Assembly (NCBI GenBank): GCA_963780315.1
Contig: CAWABP010000027.1
Span: 481-64,480 of the forward strand
Direction: 5' to 3'
Length of the DNA: 64,000 bases
From: Candidatus Acidiferrales bacterium
GTDB lineage: Bacteria; Acidobacteriota; Terriglobia; Acidiferrales; UBA7541
Positions 57,276 to 64,000 of this stretch are shown one piece after another. The position numbers were made by a program, and so were the translations under genes. Positions within the stretch are counted from its first letter, which is position 1. Each line of letters begins with the position of its first letter. The notes beneath the pieces were generated by a model that saw only the letters and a program-made list of their open reading frames with translations, did not search any database and had not been told where the DNA came from.

Positions 57276-59927
57276 GTGATGATGGCTTCTCCCCGCTCAG
57301 GTCTTGCATCTGGCTTTTCGCCGAAAAAGAAAATGGTAGACCCTGTAAGTCCGTTGACGGTTCTGGGACCGCAATGCGATGCCCAGCGCGAACGGATTCG
57401 CAAGTTGTTTGATAATGGAGCGAGCGCGCAAGACACGCTGCGGCAGTTGTGTGAACTGGCTGACAGCACCATTCAACAGGTTTTTGTCGAACTTCTGAGG
57501 GTTCGCCAGTTGGCGGCGCAGGGTTTCTGCCTGCTCGCGCTGGGCGGGTATGGCCGAGAGATGCTCTTTCCCTATTCGGACCTGGACCTTCTCTTCCTGT
57601 TCGGCAACGAGAAAGCGGAAGAAGAGTTTCGCCCGCTGATCGCGGAGTTTTCGCGAACGATGTGGGACTTGGGGTTTCGCGTAAGCTCGGCTGGACGCAC
57701 GTTGGACGAGTGCCGGCGGATTGAAGAGGACAACGCAGAATTTCACCTGGCCATGCTGGACCGGCGCTTTCTGGATGGAGACGCCTCGCTCTTTGAGAAA
57801 CTGGATGCGAAAGTGCTTTCTGGTCCGGAGAAACAGGCACGCCCATTTTTGTTGACCGAATTGCAACGGCTGACGCGGGACCGGCTGAACCGTTACGGGA
57901 ACACAATTTTTCACCTTGAGCCCAACGTTAAAGAGGCGCCCGGGGGCCTGCGCGATTACCATTCGACACTGTGGATGCGTCAACTTGCCGGCGATCGCCG
58001 CGACCCGCGTATCAGTCCCGTAAACGAGGACGAATTGACTCGCAACGCGGTGGAGTTTCTGAGCGCCATCCGGTGCTTCCTGCACTACAACAATGCGCGC
58101 AACGACAATACACTCACGTACGAATTGCAGGCGGGAGCAGCGGAGAGGTCTCTGGGGATTGACGACAATTTGCGGCGAAACGCCGCGGAATGGATGCGAC
58201 TATATTTCCGTCACGCGCGGACACTGAACCGGCAATTGCTGCGTTACATGGAGCAACGGCCGCCCGCCACGATCTCGCTGCGGCAGCGGTTGATGAACGC
58301 GACGCTGGGAGGACGGCAGGAAGCCCCGAATGGAAAGCCGTTCATGGTGCGTGACGGCTTGCTGGAATTAACCAATGAGCAGGCCTACGCGGATCGCAGT
58401 GCGACCTATGCCCTGCTGAGCGAGGCATCGCGTACGGGCGTACAAGTGAGCCGCGAGGCGGAGCGAAGCATTGCGTACATCATGACGCATCCGGAATTGC
58501 CGCAACGGAATTCGCGTGTGGCTTGGCCGGTGTTAAGCGAAATCCTGGGGGCGGATTTTCCCGGCATGGCGCTGCGACCCATGCACCGGCTGGGACTTTT
58601 GATCGAAGTGCTGCCGGAATTTCGGAGCATCGATTCGCTGGTAGTACGCGATTTCTATCACCGCTATACGGTAGATGAACATTCCTTGCGCACGATCGAG
58701 CACTTGCAGGAGCTGTCGGAGCCGCCGGATTCGCGCGGCATGCATTTCACGCAGCTGTGGCGAACGGTCGAGCGCCGCGATCTGCTGATTCTTTCCCTCC
58801 TTCTGCATGACATCGGCAAAGGCATGCCGGTGGAGAATCACGTTGCGGGAAGTCTGCAAGCATTGGAAACCGTAGCCGACCGGCTGAAACTGGAGCCGGA
58901 AGAGAAGGCGGAGGTCCACTTTTTGATCGAGCACCATCTGGATATGTCCGCGACAGTGCAGCGGCGGGATATTTTCGATCCCGCAACAGTTTCCGCGTTT
59001 GCAACGAATGTAGTGACGCACGAACGGCTCCAACGCCTATGCCTCTTGACCTACGCGGACATCCACGCAGTGAATCCGGAAGCGCTGACTCCCTGGAAAG
59101 CTGAAATGCTGTGGCGGCTGTTTGTATCAACATCCAATTATTTCAGCCGGACGCTGGACCGCGACCGCCTGCACGCATCAGACGAAGCGATCTTGCTGGA
59201 GCAGGTGCGGCAGTTAGCCGTAGGAGCGTCAAAGGCAGAGATTGAAAAGTTTCTGGATGGATTTCCCCGGCGATACCTCGCGGTGCACTCGCCCGCGGAG
59301 ATTGCGGGCCACTTTTCTCTGTACCGAAAACTGAGCGCGGAGCCCGTGCAAACCGACGTCAGAATGACGCACCACACTTATACGCTTACGCTCCTGACCG
59401 CGGACCGGCCGGCACTTTTCGCGACGATTGCGGGCATACTGGCGGCATGGGGCATGAACATCGTGAAGGCGGATGCCTTCGCAAACGCGGCCGGGGTAGT
59501 GCTGGACACATTTCATTTCGTTGATTTGCACCGCACGTTGGAACTGAACCCCGGAGAAATCAGCCGATTTCAGCAGAGCATCGCGGATATTGTGAATGGG
59601 AAACAGGCGCTGGAGCCCCTGCTCAAGGGAAGATTGGCGGCGGCACTGGCACGGCCGCCAAAGGTCGCGGTGCCAACGACATTGAATTTCGACGATGCGT
59701 CGTCGGATCAGTGCACCTTAATGGAAATCATGACGCAGGACCGGCCAGGGTTGTTGTATGGCATCGGGTCGGCGTTGTCGCGGCTGGGCTGCAACATCGA
59801 AGTGGCGCTGATTGATACGGAAGGCCAAAAGGCCATTGACGTGTTTTATCTCACCGGCCAGGGAAAGAAGCTTGCGCCGCAAAAGCAGGATCTGCTGCGA
59901 GAAGTTTTGAACGCCACGCTCTCCTGA
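57276..59927 (+). CDS. glnD: [Protein-PII] uridylyltransferase/uridylyl-removing enzyme
   Basis: Nucleotidyltransferase block (LALGGYGREMLFPYSDLDLLFL), HD domain (LLLHDIGKG), two C-terminal ACT-like repeats. Starts 2 nt after glnK. Confidence 0.9.
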   Translation: MMMASPRSGLASGFSPKKKMVDPVSPLTVLGPQCDAQRERIRKLFDNGASAQDTLRQLCELADSTIQQVFVELLRVRQLAAQGFCLLALGGYGREMLFPYSDLDLLFLFGNEKAEEEFRPLIAEFSRTMWDLGFRVSSAGRTLDECRRIEEDNAEFHLAMLDRRFLDGDASLFEKLDAKVLSGPEKQARPFLLTELQRLTRDRLNRYGNTIFHLEPNVKEAPGGLRDYHSTLWMRQLAGDRRDPRISPVNEDELTRNAVEFLSAIRCFLHYNNARNDNTLTYELQAGAAERSLGIDDNLRRNAAEWMRLYFRHARTLNRQLLRYMEQRPPATISLRQRLMNATLGGRQEAPNGKPFMVRDGLLELTNEQAYADRSATYALLSEASRTGVQVSREAERSIAYIMTHPELPQRNSRVAWPVLSEILGADFPGMALRPMHRLGLLIEVLPEFRSIDSLVVRDFYHRYTVDEHSLRTIEHLQELSEPPDSRGMHFTQLWRTVERRDLLILSLLLHDIGKGMPVENHVAGSLQALETVADRLKLEPEEKAEVHFLIEHHLDMSATVQRRDIFDPATVSAFATNVVTHERLQRLCLLTYADIHAVNPEALTPWKAEMLWRLFVSTSNYFSRTLDRDRLHASDEAILLEQVRQLAVGASKAEIEKFLDGFPRRYLAVHSPAEIAGHFSLYRKLSAEPVQTDVRMTHHTYTLTLLTADRPALFATIAGILAAWGMNIVKADAFANAAGVVLDTFHFVDLHRTLELNPGEISRFQQSIADIVNGKQALEPLLKGRLAAALARPPKVAVPTTLNFDDASSDQCTLMEIMTQDRPGLLYGIGSALSRLGCNIEVALIDTEGQKAIDVFYLTGQGKKLAPQKQDLLREVLNATLS

Positions 59928-60082
59928 GCCGCGAATACACCATCTTCGCCGGGAATGTCCGAAACAAAGGCCACGTAAAACCAGGATCCCACGGAAATGG
60001 AACGCGGCGGTGCTGCCGCCGTGCCGTTGATTTCGAACGGAAGCCTGTTTCTATTCCGGGGTTGTCTGCGAACTGTCGGCAT

Positions 60083-61690
60083 TCAATGGCCTGCGGTGGC
60101 TTTCTCGGCGCCGAGACCGGTGTTGGAGCGAACCAGGAGTTCATTGAATTTGTGCGTTGAGGTTGGCTCGTGGCTGAGCAGAGTGCCAAGAATCGCACCA
60201 AGGAAACCCAGTGGGATGCTCAGAATGCCGGGATTTTCCAGAGGGAACCAGGCTTTGGCCTGGATCAAATGGCGCGCGGTGCCGGTCACAGTGGGTGGAT
60301 CAATAGCCATCAAACTGGGGCTCACGAGTATCAGGCCAATCGAAGCGATGAGGCCAACCCCGAGTCCGACAACAGCGCCGGTGGTGTTGAAGCGGCGCCA
60401 GAAAATGGAAAGCACGATGACGGGAAGGTTTGCGGATGCAGCCACGGCAAACGCAAGGGCCACAAGGAAAGCCACGTTGGCGGTGGGGCCGAGCACAATG
60501 GCGATGGTAATGGCCACAGCTCCGACCACGAAGGCGGAGAGGCGCGCGATGCGCACTTCTTCACCGGGCTTGCGCTCCATTCCGTTGTGAATCACATTGG
60601 TCCAGAAGTCGTGAGCGAACGAAGTAGTGGCGCTAATCGTGAGTCCGGCGACGACCGCGAGGATGGTTGCAAAAGCGATGGCGCAGATGAAGGCGAAGAA
60701 AATGTCGCCTGCGAGAGCCTGCGCCAGAAGGGGGGCACTCATGTTGGTTCCGCCGTGCGTGCCGATGAAGTCGCGACCAACGATGGTGGCGGCGCCGAAG
60801 CCCAGGAAAGTGGTCATGATGTAGAAACTGCCGATGAGCGCCATGGCCCAAACAACGCTGTGACGCGCGGTCTTGGCATCAGGAACGGTGTAAAAACGCA
60901 CGAGAATGTGCGGGAGCCCTGCAGTACCGAAGATGAGCGCGAGACCCAGAGAGATGAGCTCCAGCGGACCGTAAGGCGGCTTATAGCGCAAGCCTGGTTG
61001 CAGAAAATCCTTTACAATTTCCTGGCCTTTGTCGTGATACGTGACGTGGCCGATTGCGTCAAAGAATGCCGTGAAACTGAAGTGGAAATGGGACATCACC
61101 AGAATGCTCAGCAAGAAAGTGCCGGCCATGAGAAGGATGGCTTTGATGATCTGTACCCAGGTGGTGGCCAGCATGCCACCAAAAACGACGTAAACAATCA
61201 TGAGAATGCCCACTCCAATGACGGCGGTGGTGTAGGAGATGCCGGAACCCTTGAGCAAGAGCGCGACAAGCGCGCCAGCGCCGACCATTTGCGCAATCAT
61301 GTAAAACGTGCTGACAGTGAGCGTGCTGAGAGAGGCCATAGCGCGGACGGGCCTCGGTTTCAGGCGATAGGCCAGGACGTCAGCCATGGTGTACTTGCCT
61401 GCATTGCGCAGAGGCTCCGCAATAATCAGCAGCACGGTGAGGTAAGCGACCAACCAGCCCACCGAAAACATAAAGCCGTCGTAGCCCTGAAACGCGATGA
61501 TACCCGCTATTCCCAGGAAGGATGCGGCGCTCATATAGTCGCCGGCAACGGCGACACCATTCTGCCAACTCCGGATCTGGCGCCCGGCGGCGAAATAGGC
61601 GCTGGAACCTGATGAGCGTTTGGAAGCCCAATACGTAATGGCGAGGGTGATGGCGATGAAAATCAGGAACATCATCAAAGGAGCAGACAT
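60083..61690 (-). CDS. actP: Cation/acetate symporter ActP (SSS family)
   Basis: YFAAGRQIRSWQNGVAVAGDYMSAASFLGIAGIIAFQGYDGFMFSVGW is a characteristic ActP N-terminal block. 535 aa. Confidence 0.9.
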   Translation of the reverse strand: MSAPLMMFLIFIAITLAITYWASKRSSGSSAYFAAGRQIRSWQNGVAVAGDYMSAASFLGIAGIIAFQGYDGFMFSVGWLVAYLTVLLIIAEPLRNAGKYTMADVLAYRLKPRPVRAMASLSTLTVSTFYMIAQMVGAGALVALLLKGSGISYTTAVIGVGILMIVYVVFGGMLATTWVQIIKAILLMAGTFLLSILVMSHFHFSFTAFFDAIGHVTYHDKGQEIVKDFLQPGLRYKPPYGPLELISLGLALIFGTAGLPHILVRFYTVPDAKTARHSVVWAMALIGSFYIMTTFLGFGAATIVGRDFIGTHGGTNMSAPLLAQALAGDIFFAFICAIAFATILAVVAGLTISATTSFAHDFWTNVIHNGMERKPGEEVRIARLSAFVVGAVAITIAIVLGPTANVAFLVALAFAVAASANLPVIVLSIFWRRFNTTGAVVGLGVGLIASIGLILVSPSLMAIDPPTVTGTARHLIQAKAWFPLENPGILSIPLGFLGAILGTLLSHEPTSTHKFNELLVRSNTGLGAEKATAGH

Positions 61691-61693
61691 TGC

Positions 61694-62047
61694 CTATTTG
61701 TCTCCTTTGGCGGCTTCCTGGTTCAGCGCTCTTTCGATGATGTCCTTGGAGATTTCATCAAAGTTATCGCCGGCGCGGACGTACAAACCGGCTATTGTCC
61801 AGGCCATAAAGAACTGAGAAAGCGCAAACAGGTACGCCAGGTTGACGTTTCCCCACACTTTGGTGGACATAAAGTGTGGCGCGTAGCCCACCAGAATTGG
61901 CAATTAAAAGTAGTAGATCAGGAAGAACACGAAAGCGGGGATGATGAAGATTCTCTTGATGCTCATGAGGTGTCTGAATTCTTCGCTCGTTGCCACGCGG
62001 TCCCACAGGGACTCCTCGTTCTGCTCAGGTTGTGTTGCGTCAGGCAT
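61694..62047 (-). pseudogene. DUF485 (YjcH-like) membrane protein gene interrupted by an in-frame TAA
   Basis: The ATG at 62047 (RBS GGAGGGGG) opens 47 codons ending ..FIIPAFVFFLIYYF. TAA is at 61906-61904. The same frame then continues LPILVGYAPHFM.. for 69 codons to 61694, 3 nt before actP. Confidence 0.75.
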
Positions 62048-62216
62048 GCGTACCCCCTCCAGGAGATTATTTGAATGGATTTAGATATTGCGCAACGAGC
62101 GCAGGCCAACTGAACCGTGCGCATCGTATAACGAGACAAGAAGAGTTGTATACAACCTGGCTTGGCTGAGCCCGGGAAGGGAATACTAATGCGACGGGTG
62201 TCTGCGAGTGATGGGA

Positions 62217-62633
62217 TCAGTCCATGAGTTCACGGACCTTGGCGACCAGTTGGGCAGAATCGTAAACCGGCTTTTCGAGGTAGTCATCGGCACCAGAAGA
62301 TTCGAGCAAGCGCTCGCGATCGCCTGTCATCACGTGGGCGGTGGCAAGGAGCACGGGGAGGCGGCGGGGAGACTTCTCCTTCAGGACGCGGCAGAGTTCG
62401 ACGCCGTTGACAAGGTGGCCATCCCACTCGGCATTAGAGAGGGAGACATCCAGGAGAACGAGATCGACTTCGCCGGCGGCGACTTCGCGAAGGATGGCGG
62501 GCACATCTTCGCTGACCGCGCAGGAAAACCCGCCGGCGCGCTCCAAGGCCATCTGAAAGAATTTGCCGACCAGGGAGTTGTCTTCGACAATAATGATGCG
62601 CTGTTTTTTCCCCCGCGGGGTGGTGTCATTCAT
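62217..62633 (-). CDS. Single-domain (receiver-only) response regulator
   Basis: CheY-like REC: RIIIVEDN.., phospho-acceptor context DLVLLDVSL, ..LLATAH.., DDYLEKP. No output domain. Confidence 0.85.
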   Translation of the reverse strand: MNDTTPRGKKQRIIIVEDNSLVGKFFQMALERAGGFSCAVSEDVPAILREVAAGEVDLVLLDVSLSNAEWDGHLVNGVELCRVLKEKSPRRLPVLLATAHVMTGDRERLLESSGADDYLEKPVYDSAQLVAKVRELMD

Positions 62634-62650
62634 TCGCGACCTGTCTCCGG

Positions 62651-63940
62651 TTATTCAGATGACGAAGCCAGGGGAATAGTGAACCAGGCCATGGAGCCAT
62701 TGCCCTTGGCGCCTCCATCCAAACCGATGGAGCCGTGCATCATCTCGACAAGGCGTTTCGCGATGGCCAGGCCGAGGCCGGATCCCGCGATTCCGCGTAG
62801 CTCTGCGCGATCGTGTCTCACAAATTTCTCGAACGCGGAGTCGCGCTTTTCCGCGGGAATGCCAATGCCTGTGTCTTCAATTTCGATACGCAGGAAGCCT
62901 TGTGGGCGATCGGCAGCGGCGCGAATTGTCACGCCGCCGCTGGGGGTGAATTTCACGGCGTTGGAGAGCAGATTGAGGAGCACCTGACGAAAACGGATTT
63001 CGTCGCCTCGCACAAACGGGAGTTGCTGCTCCAGAGTTTCGTCAGCCAACCGCAGATTGCGGGAAGCCGCTTGCACAGCAACAAGGGGCAGAGTTGAATC
63101 GAGGACCGCGCGCGGATCGAGCTCCTCGATCTGCAACGCCAATTTGCCGGCTTCGATGGAAGAAATGTCCAGAAGATCGTTTACGAGGCGAAGGAGCAGT
63201 TGGCCGCTGCTGAACACATCGCGAAGTACTTCTTTCTCTTCTTCGGGGCTGACGCACAATCCATCGAGGACGAGCTTGGTAAAGCTCAGAATGGAATTGA
63301 GAGGAGTGCGCAGGTCGTGAGAGACCTGGGCGAGGAATTCGTCCTTGATGGCGTTGGCTTCGGCAAGCTGCAGGCTGGCCTGTTCGAGTTCCTGATTTAA
63401 CGTCTGTAGGTGGGCCATGGTGGCGCGGAAGTACGAATCGCACATCAAGTTGAGGTCGAGATCAAGGATCTTGCTTAGAGCCTGCGAATAGACGAGACGC
63501 TCCTCGCGAGCAGGGAATTCGTCGAACATCTTCTCCATCAGGAAGGAGCGCACGACACCCATGGCGCTGATCACATATTTCTGATCCAGGGTGATGCGCA
63601 CGTGCCGGAAGCCGATCTGGAAGCGATCGTCAGCGTAGTGTTCATCGTAGACTCCATTGAAGAGACCGCGGCCCCAGGCTTGTAGAGTGGACTTGAGCCG
63701 AAGAACCTGGGCCTCGCCACCGGTGAAAACGCGGCTTGCGCCAGGGTGGTGGGGGATTTGCGCGTAGAATCGTTCCGCCATCTCGGGCAAGTACTTTTCC
63801 ATGCGGGGGAGGAGTCGCTTAAGAAGGATAACGTCGTTTTCGCCCAGATGCAGGTAGCGCTTCATCTCCTCGATGAAGGTCTCTTCATGGGGTTTGGTTG
63901 TAACCGTGGCCGACATCTTGGGGATGATACCACTGGTCAT
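62651..63940 (-). CDS. Globin-coupled sensor histidine kinase
   Basis: N-terminal protoglobin/globin-sensor-like region (..MAERFYAQI..LKSTLQAWGRGLFNGVYDEHYADDRFQIGFRHVRITLDQKYVISAMG..). H-box SHDLRTPLNSI. N and G boxes (LLNLLSNAVKFT, DTGIGIP, GSGLGLAIAKRLV). The start is uncertain (ATGs at 63940 and 63916), and the frame is open to the window edge. Confidence 0.8.
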   Translation of the reverse strand: MTSGIIPKMSATVTTKPHEETFIEEMKRYLHLGENDVILLKRLLPRMEKYLPEMAERFYAQIPHHPGASRVFTGGEAQVLRLKSTLQAWGRGLFNGVYDEHYADDRFQIGFRHVRITLDQKYVISAMGVVRSFLMEKMFDEFPAREERLVYSQALSKILDLDLNLMCDSYFRATMAHLQTLNQELEQASLQLAEANAIKDEFLAQVSHDLRTPLNSILSFTKLVLDGLCVSPEEEKEVLRDVFSSGQLLLRLVNDLLDISSIEAGKLALQIEELDPRAVLDSTLPLVAVQAASRNLRLADETLEQQLPFVRGDEIRFRQVLLNLLSNAVKFTPSGGVTIRAAADRPQGFLRIEIEDTGIGIPAEKRDSAFEKFVRHDRAELRGIAGSGLGLAIAKRLVEMMHGSIGLDGGAKGNGSMAWFTIPLASSSE

Positions 63941-64000
63941 GAAGCCCGAAAACCTAGACCGAATGGTGGCCAAGGCAAGGGGCAAGAGGAGAATCGGGGT

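Noticed and set aside
60170-61612. 480-aa ORF on the plus strand
   Set aside because: It lies entirely antisense to actP, whose product has unmistakable ActP/SSS motifs. Its translation is a low-complexity G/D/E/H/R-rich string, typical of shadow ORFs in GC-rich DNA.

Overview
GC-rich chromosomal segment. The gene content, including three TonB-dependent receptors with N-terminal carboxypeptidase-regulatory-like domains, many secreted glycosidases and peptidases, and MglA, looks most like an Acidobacteriota (Terriglobia-type) genome; that assignment is inference only. Almost all of the window is ordinary core or metabolic DNA. From left to right: (1) a secreted M28 peptidase, a TonB-dependent receptor and a HEMGH metallopeptidase. 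(2) A galactan/arabinan utilisation locus: galM, then a long operon of GH42 beta-galactosidase, GH3/PA14 beta-glucosidase, a Na+/sugar symporter, a small membrane ORF, a fucose-isomerase-like isomerase, araB and araD, followed by galK. (3) A small redox-looking module: a Cys-rich ORF divergent from a Crp/Fnr regulator, with glutathione peroxidase next to it. (4) GH13 amylase with a CBM9-like protein, and a crotonase. (5) A corrinoid uptake locus, btuF-btuC-btuD then a btuB-like receptor, each part preceded by its own cobalamin riboswitch. (6) gatB, bcp, panC, a DinB-family gene and panB. (7) A GT2 glycosyltransferase, an IorAB-type molybdoenzyme, a DsrE-like protein, ruvAB, a thioredoxin-like protein and exbD. 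(8) A third TonB-dependent receptor, followed by an IS1634-family insertion sequence that abuts a yvcK-like gene. (9) A TPR protein, an mglA with no adjacent mglB, a TonB_C-domain protein, a STAS protein and nfi. (10) amtB-glnK-glnD. (11) actP with a nonsense-interrupted DUF485 gene, plus a receiver-only response regulator and a globin-coupled histidine kinase. I saw no rRNA, tRNA or CRISPR array. I also found no convincing novel multi-gene system such as a defence island, biosynthetic cluster or secretion system. The observations most worth a second look are the in-frame TAA in the DUF485 gene, the IS end that overlaps a gene's stop codon, the two riboswitches, a promoter/operator arrangement upstream of the GH42 operon, tandem CRP-type palindromes next to an uncharacterised Cys-rich ORF, the non-canonical arabinose isomerase candidate and the orphan mglA. 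Coordinates of short sequence motifs were counted by hand and may be off by 1 nt.
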